Positions 41,625-56,094 of a DNA stretch of 64,000 nucleotides are shown one piece after another; the stretch's first letter is position 1, and the number at the start of each line of letters is the position of its first letter. The notes under the pieces were generated by a model. The model made no database searches, was not told the origin of the DNA, and saw nothing but the letters and a program-made list of their open reading frames with translations. Position numbers and translations under genes: made by a program. Source of the stretch: Eledone cirrhosa (taxonomy: Eukaryota); the NCBI GenBank assembly GCA_964016885.1, contig OZ024741.1, forward strand, positions 349,990,001-350,054,000, read 5' to 3'.

Positions 41625-41800
41625 AAGAAAGAATCGGGGCCCGACGGCTGAACTGTTGTCGTTTCGACAGCGAAATACAGATCTGTCAAAATGGCAAGAG
41701 CTCAGCCGTCGGGCACCGCCACGATCTAATATAGTCAACCTCTACTATCCCAAGTATCGAGTACTCTGTTGAATACTTGTTTAATATTGGCTTAATCCTG
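41625..41800 (+). mobile_element. Diverged fold-back family A relative
   Basis: CCCGACGGCTGA...TCAGCCGTCGGG inverted arms; tail CTCTACTATCCCAAGTATCGAGTACT. Confidence 0.6.
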
Positions 41801-41811
41801 ATATATATATA

Positions 41812-42066
41812 TCAAGTAAGTATGTTTTGAAACAGTGAGCAGGTTTGAAATTAGAAAATAGAATAGCTTTCACCGTATTTTTGACTAAAGGAATTTTAGC
41901 CTGATAATGGGGTTTGAGAACCTTCAGATAAATGGAAAAAGATGAGTATTGACGTAAAATTCCTTTAGTCAAGTATTGACGTAAAATTCCTTTAGTCAAG
42001 TATTGACGTAAAAGTAGTCAAGTATTGACGTAAAATTCCTTTAGTCAAAAATACGGTGAAAGCTAT

Positions 42067-42068
<2 letters not shown>
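41812..42068 (-). mobile_element. Fold-back PLE-like remnant with internal tandem reiteration
   Basis: Inverted repeats at 41862-41899 and 42031-42068; AGTATTGACGTAAAATTCCTTTAGTCA repeated about 3.5 times; GAAAGCTA core. Confidence 0.6.
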
Positions 42069-42140
<72 letters not shown>

Positions 42141-42194
42141 AATATATATATATTAGACCACGTCTGTGTGCGAGATCGAAATATATATACAGGT

Positions 42195-42235
<41 letters not shown>

Positions 42236-42237
<2 letters not shown>

Positions 42238-42825
42238 GGACACCCACGACTGAGACATGTAGGGAAGAGTGACCTTGGGCGACAGGAGTATTCATACCGA
42301 GTCGTATGTCCCTCCAATGTTCAGCAAAATGGTCCGCCAAATGGCATCCCGTTTGTCCGATGTATAATGACCCGCAAAGGGAACAGCAGAGGGCATAGAC
42401 AACGTGGTGGACGTGCAGGTGAAGGAGTGGCGGATATAGAATGAACCGTTGGGGCCTGTGAGAGTGGTGAGCTTGGAAATGAAAGAACAAGTGTTACAGT
42501 GGTGGAGACGAGAACAAGGATGAGAGCCGGGTGGAATCGTGGGAGAAAACGAGAAGGAACTGCGTACCAGGAGGTTACGGAGGTTACGGGCGCGCTTAAA
42601 TGCGGTGATGGGTGGGTTAGGAAAAAAGCGAGAAGTGACGGGGTCAGAAGAGAGGGTGCGGAAGAAACGGAGAATATGTTGCCGGAGTGGTAGGGTGATG
42701 GGTGGTAGGTTAGAGGGAAAGGAAAGTGGGTGTTGGGAGGGCATTGGTGAGGTAAGAGGGCTGTGGTACGGTCGGTTTCACGGGCGCGAGTGACAGCAGC
42801 TTGGATCAGGGTGGGGGATATCCAT
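42236..42825 (-). mobile_element. Penelope-like element fragment (RT-EN linker and GIY-YIG)
   Basis: FPLTYHP, PITAFKRARNLRNLLVRS, FTCTS..VVYALCCSLCGSLYIGQTGCHLADHFAEH. Confidence 0.88.
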
Positions 42826-42963
42826 ATATACACTATAAACTCAGTATTATAATGTTCCCCGTGGCCTCCGATGTCAAAGTCTTTTTGATTCAAGATTTGT
42901 AGCTTTTATTATTGCGTTTTATATTGGTATTCGTGTGTGTGAGTGTATACATATATACATACA

Positions 42964-43378
42964 TGGTGGCTGTCGACTCGTTTTCGAGTACGGCCACTAC
43001 TTTATATCCATGTAGGAGAACCCCTACCGATGCGCTGAACGAGTGTGACTTTTTAGTCCAGCCAGCGACTTGAAAACTCTGGTACAAACACTACACTTGT
43101 GATAATTATTGACACATAGTGCTGGGCCCATGGTACCATGTGACGAAAAGTGCAGAGAGATCTCCAGATATAAAGCAATGCCTGTGCCGTGAAGCTTTTA
43201 TAGTGAGCAAAGGCACTGCACAAAGCCAGTCCCACTCTCTTAACCAAGATGATATTTACCAAAAAGAAGAACAAGTCAACATCATTGGATACCATCAGGG
43301 TTGCAGGTGTTATATCAGAGTTTTCCTTCTCCTAGAATTCTGCCTTGACGAAGGCTAAGGGGTCATCTCTCCCGGTGA
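42964..43378 (-). mobile_element. Family E, 5'-truncated copy
   Basis: Reverse-complement identity to 5670-6083; (CATA)n on both sides. Confidence 0.85.
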
Positions 43379-43434
43379 TACATACATACATACATACATA
43401 CATACATACATACATACATACATACATACATACA

Positions 43435-43935
43435 TGATGGCTGCAACCCGATTTCGAATAATGTCATCGCTTGATACTTAAGTATGAGCATCACAGACGT
43501 GGCTTTTTAGTCCTGCTAGGGACTTGTCTATGGCCAGCAATGTCAATGGCCATCGCAAAACAATGTCACATATCAAGCAATCCCTGTGCTTGAAGCTTTT
43601 TTAAGTGAGGAAAGGCTTTCTACGGGGCCAATCGCACTCTCTGAACATCGAATGAAAAGAAAAGCTGGTCTACGTTATTGGATGCAAATGAAGTCGCAGG
43701 TTTTATATCAGAGTGACCATCTGCTCGAAAGATGTCTTAATGAAGACTAGGATTCTCTCGCACGAAAAAAAAAAAATTTTTTTTGAACGACCATTGACTC
43801 TCTTGAGTTCCTCCGCCCTTTGACGGGTTTTGTTTTTCATCCCGCGAGGTGTCCAAAATAACCTTCCTCACCAAGTAAGCTTGGTGGGGTTGCTGGTTTA
43901 GTCGCCGACAACCCGACCATGCACAGGTTGTTACA
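43435..43935 (-). mobile_element. Diverged RTE-derived short element related to family E
   Basis: CAACCTGTGCATGGTCGGGTTGTCGGCGACTAAACC 5' motif and RTE-like 3' end. Confidence 0.65.
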
Positions 43936-44142
43936 TGCATACAAGCATCACACATACATAATTAAATACATACATACATACATATAAACACATACAGTAA
44001 TACAGTAATACATACACACATATATATATATACATTCAAATACACATACATACCTACATCTGCACATACCTACCTACATAAATACATGCATACATAGACA
44101 CAAACATACATACATACATACATCCATACATACATACATACA

Positions 44143-44174
<32 letters not shown>

Positions 44175-44396
44175 CAAACGTATATAATACGCAATTTATA
44201 TTCCTGTCGTCTTTAAAGGAAACTTTCAAGAATGATTCATAATTTCTTCTTACGCTCTCTTCATGTAACCCTTTCACCCCACTACCCTGTCCACCTCCGC
44301 CTTCTTCTTTACATTCGTTGAGTAAGAGGAATCAGTTGAAAGTTGAACTCACTTGAGTTACTGGATTAATTTGAGATTCAATGGAGTACTTCGCTG

Positions 44397-44401
44397 TGTT
44401 G

Positions 44402-44433
<32 letters not shown>

Positions 44434-44569
44434 GGTGGTGGTGGTGGTGGTGTTGATGTCACTGTTGTTCATGTTGTTGTTGTTGGTGGTGGTGGTGGTG
44501 TTGATGTCACTGTTGTTCATGTTGTTGGTGGTGGTGGTGGTGGTGGTGTTGATGTCACTGTTGTTCATG

Positions 44570-44601
<32 letters not shown>

Positions 44602-44834
44602 GGTGGTGGTGGTGGTGTTGATGTCACTGTTGTTCATGTTGTTGTTGTTGTTGGTGGTGGTGGTGTTGATGTCACTGTTGTTCATGTTGTTGTTGGTGGT
44701 GGTGGTGGTGGTGGTGTTGATGTCACTGTTGTTCATGTTGTTGTTGTTGGTGGTGGTGGTGGTGTTGATGTCACTGTTGTTCATGTTGTTGTTGGTGGTG
44801 GTGGTGGTGGTGGTGTTGATGTCACTGTTGTTCA

Positions 44835-44865
<31 letters not shown>

Positions 44866-45490
44866 GGTGTTGATGTCACTGTTGTTCATGTTGTTGTTGT
44901 TGTTGGTGGTGGTGGTGTTGATGTCACTGTTGTTCATGTTGTTGTTGTTGTTGGTGGTGGTGGTGTTGATGTCACTGTTGTTCATGTTGTTGTTGGTGGT
45001 GGTGGTGGTGTTCGTGTTGTTGGTGATGTTGTTGTTTTTAGTAATGATGTTACGGTTGCTGTTGTTGGTGTTGATATTGTTGTTGCTGTTGTTGGTGTTG
45101 TTATGGTTGTTGTTGTTGTTGTTGATACTGTTGTTGTTGTTGCTGTTGTTGATGTTGTTGCTGTTATTGTTGTTATTTTAGCTGTTGTTGTTGCTGTTGT
45201 TGCTGTTGTTATTGTTATTTTAGCTGTTGTTGTTGTGGTTGTTGTTGTTGTTGTTGTTGTAGTTACAGCTGTTGCTGTTGTTGATGTTGTTGTTATTGAT
45301 TTTATTGTTGCTGTTGTTGTTGTTTTTGTTGTTACTGTTGCGATTGTTGTTGTTGCTCTTGCTGTTGATGTTGTTGTTGTTGTTGCTGCTGCTATTGCTG
45401 TTACTACTGTTGTTGTTGTTGTTGTTGTTGATGCTGATGCTGCTGTTGTTGTTGTTGATGATAATGATGATGATGATGCTGATGCTACTA
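44397..45490. repeat. Minisatellite: 11 copies of GTTGATGTCACTGTTGTTCAT separated by (GTT)n(GGT)m, then degenerate (GTT)n
   Basis: Direct reading; the minus ORF shows 11 MNNSDIN units. Confidence 0.9.
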
Positions 45491-45749
45491 CAGAAAGCTA
45501 TCTGATGTTATATTTTTAACGTAGCGTCATCCACTTAAAAAAAAACAACAACATCCGTTCTCTGACGATGAATTTGTGACAAGCGCAAACCTATTATAAC
45601 ATGTATACACACATACACGTGTCGGTATGTGTGGGCGCGTGTGTCTTTGTGAATGTACAGAACTGTATACATACATATACATTGTACACCATACACCGAC
45701 ATCTACACCCCACATCTACCCACATTCAAACACAAATATATATATATAT

Positions 45750-45946
45750 ATAGGAAAAAGTTTAACCCCGACGGCAGAGCTCAAGCCGTTTCGACAGCTA
45801 TTTCTGGAGTCCAGAAATAGCCGTCGAAACGGCCTGAGCTCTGCCGGCGGGGTCAAACATTTTCCTATTACCCATTCTATTTCCCTAAGTATTGAGTACT
45901 TTGGTGCGTTATGGTCCATCTGGTTCCTTACCACACCTCCTTCGGT
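45750..45946 (+). mobile_element. Fold-back family A element
   Basis: Apex CTGGAGTCCAG; short arm ends at CCTAT/(TA)n; same tail as the other copies. Confidence 0.75.
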
Positions 45947-46030
45947 ATATATATCTATATATATACAAACATACATATATATATATATACATAATAGATA
46001 ATATATATATATATATATATATGTGTATAT

Positions 46031-46132
<102 letters not shown>

Positions 46133-46172
46133 AGAGAGATATGCATATATGGAAATAAATATATATATATAT

Positions 46173-46256
<84 letters not shown>

Positions 46257-46395
46257 ATAGTATATATTATATATAAATATGTAATATATATTACATATAA
46301 AATGCATATTTATATGTAAATATATTTTATTTGTCATCTGTAAATACATCTACTATAGACACACCATACACACACACACATACAAATATATATAC

Positions 46396-46517
<122 letters not shown>

Positions 46518-46574
46518 GTGTGTGTGTGTGTATGTATATATATATGTGTGTGTGTGTATGTATCTATGTATGTA

Positions 46575-47050
46575 TGTAAAAGGTAAACAGAAATAACAAC
46601 ACGATCGGTAGAGTACATGGAAGGGATATATTAGTTTAACGCTTGAAATAGCATGAAGAGGGACTTAACGTTTCGGACGCCAGTCCTTCATCAGAAGAAA
46701 GAATGAGAAAATAGAAAGATTGAAGGGACGGGAATGGCCGTGTGTGTGTGTGTGTGTTATTATACGTCCGTACGAAGCTAAGAGGATATGTGTGTGGATA
46801 TGTAAGTAACAGAATGTTTCAGGGACGCGGATGAGAGCAGCTTGGGTCAGGGTGAAGCCGGAAGCCATGTGAAGGGAATGGGTTTCGAAATCGTGGTCCT
46901 GGCTACAGAACCAACGGAGACGGATGAATTGGGAGTAGGGTATGGGGAGTTTGGTGTGGGTTGGATGGAAGGAGGTGAAATCGAGGTAAGAGTAGGGAGT
47001 CAGTAGGTTTATAGAAGATGGAAGTAGAGAGGGTGTGGTGAATGTGATCG
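46575..47050 (-). mobile_element. Internally deleted PLE: RT thumb remnant and pLTR with minimal hammerhead (46663-46698)
   Basis: TSIFYKPTDS..SYLDFTSFHPTHTKLPIPYSQFIRLRWFCS; CTGATGAAGGACTGGCGTCCGAAACGTTAAG. Confidence 0.78.
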
Positions 47051-47120
47051 ATAGAGAGAGATATCAAGAATGCATATAGTATATATATATTATGAATGCA
47101 TATAGTATATATATATATAG

Positions 47121-47200
<80 letters not shown>

Positions 47201-47244
47201 GAGAGAGAGAGATACGTCTATATGTATGTGTATGTGTGTGTGTG

Positions 47245-47288
<44 letters not shown>

Positions 47289-47310
47289 CATATATGTGTG
47301 TGTGTGTGTG

Positions 47311-47349
<39 letters not shown>

Positions 47350-47880
47350 GTGTGTGTGTGTATTTATATATTTATATATATATATATACAAAAATATACA
47401 TATATGTATATATATATATATTTGAGTGTGTATATACATATAAATATATATATACATGTGTGTGTGTGTGTGTGTGTATGTTTGTGAGTGATTATCTATA
47501 TATGTACACATTTATGCGTCTGTATATTCGCATGATTTCTTCTTTAAATACACCTGAACAAACATACACACACCAATAACACCAAAAACACCACAAACAC
47601 CAACACCAACACCAACACATTCATTCATATATTGCTTACACACACATATACCAAAATACATTTAACGATACCCATGTAGATTGAACATTTCGAATTGTCA
47701 AAATTTAGAATATATAATGAAAAACATATGATAGAGTATAATAAAAAGAAAAGCTGAATATATGAAATATTTTATTCGTCCCACGCACGAGTATGATGAA
47801 GTCAATTTCGGGGCGTTCGTGATCAGAAGCAAATATCGACGGATGTTTGGTATTTTTTTCATACTGGTTTATGTAAAGGT

Positions 47881-47934
<54 letters not shown>

Positions 47935-48084
47935 TGTGTGTGTGTGTGAGGAGGGGGCGGGGTAGGATTCTATTATAAGTTGTAAAGTTTATGAATCTTA
48001 CTTTTTTTTAAAGAGTATTAGTGATGTAACATCAGAAGATGACGCCTTCTCAAGAGAATTTAAACTAAGTCGAGAGCCAGATTG

Positions 48085-48226
<142 letters not shown>

Positions 48227-48252
48227 TATATATATTATAATATATATATATA

Positions 48253-50610
48253 ATAGGGTTTAAGTATCGTAAGAGAGGAGGTAGCAGAGAGGTACAAAGA
48301 GGTGCGATACAGAATACTAAATGCCAATAGCCGATGCGAGGTGTGCTCGATGCTTGGGTTAGCAGAGTTAAATATTAGAGGAAGTTAATATTTAGCGTAT
48401 GGTTAAGCAGAGCGGGAATAAGCAAATGAATGAATTAAGGAGTTATAAGCCGTTAGAACAAGTTCTTTATATAGCTTTTACACATGTTTCGCCCAGATGA
48501 CCTCTTCAGAGGTAATAGTTTGTATGATGACATCAGTAAGTACAGATACCGTTGAGAATGTTCACCCCAACTTGACATCTCCCTTCATTATATCCGAAAA
48601 AGTGTAAACACAATATCGTCGGGGAAAGGTACATAATCCACTAAGGGAAGTAATTATATGGTGCTAAGCCATAGGTTCCCTAAGTTTATTTTAACCTATC
48701 CCAGCCAGGGGAAAAGTTTAGCAGGATGAGTCTCACTCAGTAGGTGCTGCGCAGTGCCTTGGTGGAAAACCGCTGGTTGGTTGATAGTGTCATTATGCAC
48801 TGCACATTGGTATACCCATTGCAGGTGGACTAAATTGAGGTGTGATGCAGAAAGCTGTGGGAATATGTTATTCAGGTTCTGGGGGACCACCTGTAGAAGG
48901 AATTCTGCAATCTGTGGCCGCAATTTATAACCGTTTCAGCCCGATTATTAATGAGTTCCTGGGGTGCTTGCACTATATAGTATAACTCCATTAAGCAGAG
49001 CTGGCAATTTTTCCTGAAATTATATGGGGTTGCTTGGTTAACAATTTCCTATTGAGTGGTGTAGCTAATGCTAGAGTCAGTTAATTGAGTAATATAATTA
49101 GCGAGGGAGGTAGAGAATCTTAGTTTCTTATTCCTAAAGGAGTGGAGATGTGATCTAAATCTAGTCTTGAACTCATTAGAAGTGGCGCCTATGTATGACC
49201 TAGTGCCATTATAACTCGTCACAGTGCATTTATAGATTACGTTTCTAATCAAGCAGTGGCCTTGCAGTGGACAGTTGTTGGGGTTTCGGCAATTGCAGTG
49301 TTTTTTGTTGCTATTTCTAATGTGGTGAGGTCTGCTGCTATCCTTGCTACTATCATTATCACCATCACCATTGTCGTCATTGTTGCGGTTGACATTGTTA
49401 CAATTATAGTCCTGCGATATGGTGCTATTTCTATTGTTCCTATTACGGCCGCTTCGACAGCTGTTGCTATCGCTGCTATGGTTTCTAACCTGGTCGCCAG
49501 CTCCACTATTAGTGCTGCGGTTAGTCTCTATGGTGTTGCTATTGTTGATGTTACTGCTAATACCTATGATTATTATCCTGGTTTCCATTACCGCTACTAT
49601 TATGGCCAACGGTGTTGTTAAGATACCCCAATGTTGGCATTACGGGCTGGCTTTATTCTGGTGAGCTTACTGTGATTGCAAAGTGCTATGAGGTCGGCTA
49701 AGTTAGGTGTAGTAGAGTAGGAGATTTTGACATTATTCTTGTTGAGGATCTTGTAGTACCTATGGTTAGGTGGGAAGTTCCTCTCTAAGCTGTCGAAGAA
49801 GATTCTAGGTATGTTAGAGGCTATACTCCTAGAGTAGGGGGGAAAGAACCATATGACATTTCGCCGGCGTTTCTGTGTCGCCGCTGGGCCGGTGTGGTCG
49901 TTTAAGCCCTTCGAGGGTGTTTCTACTGTGGCGGTTGGACTGTTGCCTATTGTGCGCTCTATTCATATTAGTCCCGTGTGCTAACCTACCCCCTGCTGGG
50001 TCGCTCTGGGTTACCCTATGTTTGCTGGTAGGTATTAGTAAGATACCGTCACCATTGTTAAGCCTGTACGCGGGAAATGTTTCTAGTAAGCTATTGTTAG
50101 TTATACTGACCGAAATAGGTTGGCACCGGTATAGGGGTCCCCCTGGCCCACCACCCTTACTGTTATGATGTTGGCCAAGGCTAGTCGTAATACTAGTTCG
50201 ATCTGTATATTTCTCATTAACAAGTCCACTGCCGCGGTGGTTATTGGTGCGACACTCCATTACACTGGTCTTATGGTAGGGGGCGCTAGTAGAGCCGGCA
50301 TCCTGGATATAAGAAATCCTACTTCTATACCCTGATTCGGCCAGTGCTTTGTTGTAGTAGTCAGCAGTTTGGTCGAAGGGGTCCTCGCTGGCCGACAGCC
50401 TCGAGATCCTGTGTGAGATGCTACTCACTATAGAGTTGTGTAGATTTTGGGTGATTAGATGCTTTGTTAATGTAAAACAGTACCTCACCTGACTTGTGGT
50501 ACGATCTGTATAGGCCAGTATCTAACTCTAATGTTACATCCAGGAAGTTAACTACTTTATAGTTATGGTCCATTGTAACTGAGAGGTCGTACGTTTTAAG
50601 AACTTAAGGA
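48253..50610 (-). mobile_element. 5'-truncated Naiad-type Penelope-like retroelement (RT thumb, Zn linker, GIY-YIG, 3' pLTR)
   Basis: VVNFLDVTLEL...YINKASNHP; RRRNVIWFFPPYS...ILNKNNVKISYS; CNCRNPNNCPLQGHC..VIYKC..YIGATSNEFKTRFRSH; CQLC...NRAETVINCGH. ORF ends near 48872; degenerate hammerhead CTGAAGA...GAAACATGT at 48481-48509. Confidence 0.85.
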
Positions 50611-50676
50611 TATATCAAAACGCACACACAGCCATTATTTACTATTTACATATGTTACATGTATATGTATTTGAGT

Positions 50677-50935
50677 GAAGGCGCATGGCTTAGTGGTTAG
50701 AGCATTAGGCTTGTAATCGAAAGGTTGTGAGTTCAATTCTAGGACCGGGTGATGTGTTGTTTCCTTGAGCAAGACACTTTATTTCACGTTGCTCCAGTTT
50801 ACTCAGCTGAACATGGTTTAACCCTGCGATGGACTGGCGTCCTGTCCAGGGGGGAGTCTTGTACTCTCAGTCGCTTCACACCATGAAACCGGGATAAGCA
50901 CCGGCCAAATGAGCCTTCTGGCTTAAGACAGACTT
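50677..50935 (+). mobile_element. Full-length tRNA-derived SINE with V/Meta-like central core
   Basis: A/B boxes, CCTTGAGCAAGACACTT, CCCTGCGATGGACTGGCGTCCTGTCCAGGGG; the superfamily is assigned from memory only. Confidence 0.75.
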
Positions 50936-51403
50936 TAGATATGTATCTGTGTTTAGTTTTGCATGTGCATGTATGCCTGTCTGTGAATCTATCTACCTGT
51001 CAGTCAGTATGTCTGTCTGTTTGTCTGCCTGTTTGTCTGTATGTCTGTCTGTACGTACGTACGTATTTATGTATGTGTGTATGCATTTATGTATTTATAT
51101 ATGTGCATGAATTTCCGTGTGTGCGCGTATGTATTCTTATCAATGTCTTTTCTATTTGTGTGTTCATGGGCTCTTGCACGTATATTATATATTTTGAAAT
51201 ATATTTGCGTATGTGCACTTAAGTGTGTACTTGAGTGTGTAGATAAGTGTGTACTAGCGTACGAATATGTGTGTGCGTGTGTGTGTGTGTGTGTGTAAGC
51301 ACGTACACGTTCGTGTGTCTTTCCTGTTGTGAAGGAAACAACATATTTAGCGTCTGCTCTTACATGATAAAATATTGGAGTGTATATATATATATATACT
51401 CAC

Positions 51404-51637
51404 ACAATAAATGTAATCTGAGTTTTTCGAATATTAATAATAATATCCGATATGTTGGCATGCCAACAGATGTTTACATGCCAATGCAAGAGCAAGAATG
51501 ATGCGGTCATTCTACTGACATGGCTTTAAAGAGGCTGTTTGCATAATTGCAAACTAATCAAATATTATTATTAATATTCGAAAAACTCAGATTACATTTA
51601 TTGTATTTAGCCATGTAGAGCGTATTTGTTTGTTATT

Positions 51638-51640
<3 letters not shown>
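51404..51640. repeat. Fold-back insertion (43-bp arms at 51404-51446 and 51562-51604) next to (TA)n
   Basis: ACAATAAATGTAATCTGAGTTTTTCGAATATTAATAATAATAT and its reverse complement. Confidence 0.8.
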
Positions 51641-51718
<78 letters not shown>

Positions 51719-52099
51719 AAACTCTGAAAAAAACCTGCGGCTTCGGAAGCACCCGATTATGTTGACCAGTTCTCCTTTTCGGGCAGTGTTTTTGATGCTC
51801 AGAGAGTGGGATTGGTCAAGTGCAAGACCTTTCCCCTCTTAAAAAACCTTCGAAGCACAGGCATTGCTTGTTCAGGAACTGTTACAGGTTTGTGTGGCTG
51901 GCCGTAGCCTAAAAGTGCACCAAACTCTATAATATGATAAACGATTGCAGAGTTTGCAGCCATCATATATATATATACTTTTATGAATTTTTCTAGAAAG
52001 TGGTAAAATCTTCTAAACTGAAAGGGGTCATACTATGCCATTACATAAGTGAGGAACGAGAGTAAATACAAAAACATATCGGCCTACATCTCCGACTTA

Positions 52100-52290
52100 A
52101 CATATCAGCTAGGCCAGGTAACGAATTATCAGGCAGAAGCTGATTATGTTCCGAGCGGAAAATAACTTACTAAGTGATGTCCAACAGGGTTTCTACCCAG
52201 GTAGAAGCTGCATCACATAGTTACTGCCGCATTATAAATAGATGCTAAAACACCTGTTCAATAGATATGATATACCTGGACATTGCAAAG
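52100..52290 (+). mobile_element. CR1-like RT fragment
   Basis: QQGFYPGRSCIT*LLPHY...DMIYLDIAK. Confidence 0.65.
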
Positions 52291-52309
52291 TCGTCGTCAT
52301 CGTCGTCGT

Positions 52310-52510
52310 CTTCTTCTTCTTCTTCTTCTTCTTCTTCTTGAGAGGGTCCTGGGGGCAGAATCCTCAAACATTCTTTCCAGCGGGTCCTGTCAAAAGCAAC
52401 CGTCTCCAAATGATCCAGCTGGATCCTCAAGCGAGACTAGCTAAGCTCACGCATGTTATCCAACCCTCATGCTCGGGGTCTACCCAAGGGTTCACTGCCG
52501 ATTGGTTTAT
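52310..52510 (-). mobile_element. RTE LINE 3' end with (GAA)n tail
   Basis: QLDHLETVAFDRTRWKECL followed by (GAA)n. Confidence 0.65.
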
Positions 52511-53005
52511 GAAAAAAATATCGTTTTTTACAAAGAAAATTCGAAGGAAAATTGGTAGGCGGAGAAGTTAAAGCAGCTCAAAATACAGTAATTTATTAGA
52601 ATAAATAGCACAAAAGGCTATGTTTCAGATTTCTTTGAAAGATTTTTCAAACAACCATGTGTACAAAATCCTATTGTGTTAAAAATAATAATTACGCATG
52701 AAGCAAATTATTCATTAATGTAATTACCAAATACGTTTTTACATTAAATATTGATTTCATGAACGTTTCGTCCCCTTATTGGGACTTACCAAAATCATTT
52801 ATTTATAAGTAAATATCTCATTATAAGTCTCACCAAACAGCTCAACAGCTCACAGACGCCATAATGTTAAAGACAGCAGGCATGGAAAATATACATTGTC
52901 TAACTACAGAGGTATAGAGTCAAACCACTCTAGCACATTACTATGAAACAAATGTTTTTAAAGATAAATAGCTGATAAATAGAAAGAGAGAAATAGAATA
53001 TATAT

Positions 53006-54193
<1,188 letters not shown>

Positions 54194-54710
54194 TATTCAT
54201 ACAGAAATCAACAAAAATATACGTAACACAAATGCAGGCACCCACGCATTACGTACATAACTACAAACACAAATACACTAACGTAAACAGACATATACAC
54301 GCAAAGACAAATCCATCTCCCTTCTACTTACTACAATCGACATAATCAGCGTTGTGTTCATCGCCAACGCCACCCCTACCGCAATACCATCACCACACAC
54401 CACAATGTACGTCACACCGCCATCTCTAACAGCATCTCTTCAACAACTGACGTCATTTACGATTTTTGACAATAACACACACACACGCACACACACACGC
54501 ACACACACACACATACAAACGCACACAGACACAACCCACTCTCCCTTTCTTTTTCACTCACTCTCACTCTCTCTCACTCTCCCTCTCACTCTCTCAATTA
54601 CAATCATACGTATACACACAACCGCTCACACGGCGGCAGAATCAGACGCTGATATGTAGGAACATACAGAAACACACGTACTCACACGCAACTGCAAATA
54701 CATCTGCAGG

Positions 54711-54826
<116 letters not shown>

Positions 54827-55202
54827 TATTCACACAACTATAAACACACGTACGCTGATTCAGAAACATAAACACAAACACACATTCAGTACACATGTAC
54901 ATTCACACACAAAAATCTAAACACACACGCACACATATATACGAGGACTCACAACGCGTGAGCATGTATGTCGTGACGGGAAAGAGGCAGTAACTCTTGG
55001 AGAGCAAGAAGTTTGTAGAAGAGCAGCCAATAGCGAACCAATGAGACACTGGTATTTCTGGCGCCAATTCCTAAGTGTAGCCATCATAACTAGGTTACAT
55101 ACTCAAATAACCACAACTATGGAAGTAAAAGAGGGCAAAAGTAGAAATTATTATTTTTATTATCGTGACCAATATAGAAATCATTATTGTTATTATTATT
55201 AT

Positions 55203-56080
55203 TGTCGATAAAATAAAGTACCAGTAATGTACTGGGTAATTGCTGGCCTTGTGCCAAAATTAGAAACAACGGTGGATTAGCAGTATCGGTAGAGGGTCGG
55301 ACGCCATGCTTTCTAGCATAGTTACGTCCCTTTACAGTCTGAGTTCAAATCCCGCCGAGGTTAACTTTGCCTTTCATCCTTACGGGGTCGATAAAATAAA
55401 GTACCAGTAATGTACTGGGTATTTGCTGGCCTTGTGCCTAAATTAGAAACAATTATTATTATTATTATTATTATTAAGGGTAGTGAGCGGGGGGATTGGC
55501 AGTATCGGTAGAGGGTCAGACGCGATGCTTTTCAGCATAGAGTTACGGCCCTTTATGATCTGAGTTCAAATCCCACCGAGATTAACTTTGCCTTTCATCC
55601 TTATGGGGTCGATAAAATAAAGTACCAGTAGTACACTGGGGTAATTGTTGGCCTTGTGCCAAAAGTAGAAACAATTATTATTTACGTTCTGATTTCGAAA
55701 CACGCCGAGTTACTTTTGCCTTTCATCCTTACAGGGTCGATAAAATAATACCAGTATTGCACTGAGGTCAATTTAATCGACCTTCCCCTCCCAAAAATTG
55801 TTGGCCTTGTGCCTAAATCAGAAACCGTTATTATGGTGTCTTTGCAGTATCAGTGGAGGGTCGGATATGCTTTCCAGCATAGTTACATCCCTTTACGATC
55901 TGAGTTCAAATCCGGCCGAGGTAAACTTTGCCTTTCATCCTTACGGGGTCGATAAAATAAAGTACCAGTAATGTACTGGGTAATTGCTGGCCTTGTGCCT
56001 AAAGTAGAAACAATTTGAGTTCAGATTTCGCAGAGGTTAGCTTTGCCTCTAATATTTACGGGGTCGATAAAATGATATAC
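55203..56080 (+). mobile_element. Head-to-tail cluster of about 6 CORE-type SINE copies
   Basis: Repeated unit separated by (ATT)n. Confidence 0.82.
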
Positions 56081-56094
56081 CGTTATTATTAGTA

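Noticed and set aside
44397-45010. CRISPR-like array
   Set aside because: The spacers are only (GTT)/(GGT) runs; eukaryotic context, no cas genes. The 388-aa Val/Gly ORF is a repeat artefact.
48540-49900. Selenoprotein Naiad with a SECIS element
   Set aside because: The conserved Cys positions I could read are not TGA, the internal stop at 49049 is TAG at a Trp position, and an ATGA..AA hairpin near 48590 lacks the 3' GA of the SECIS quartet.
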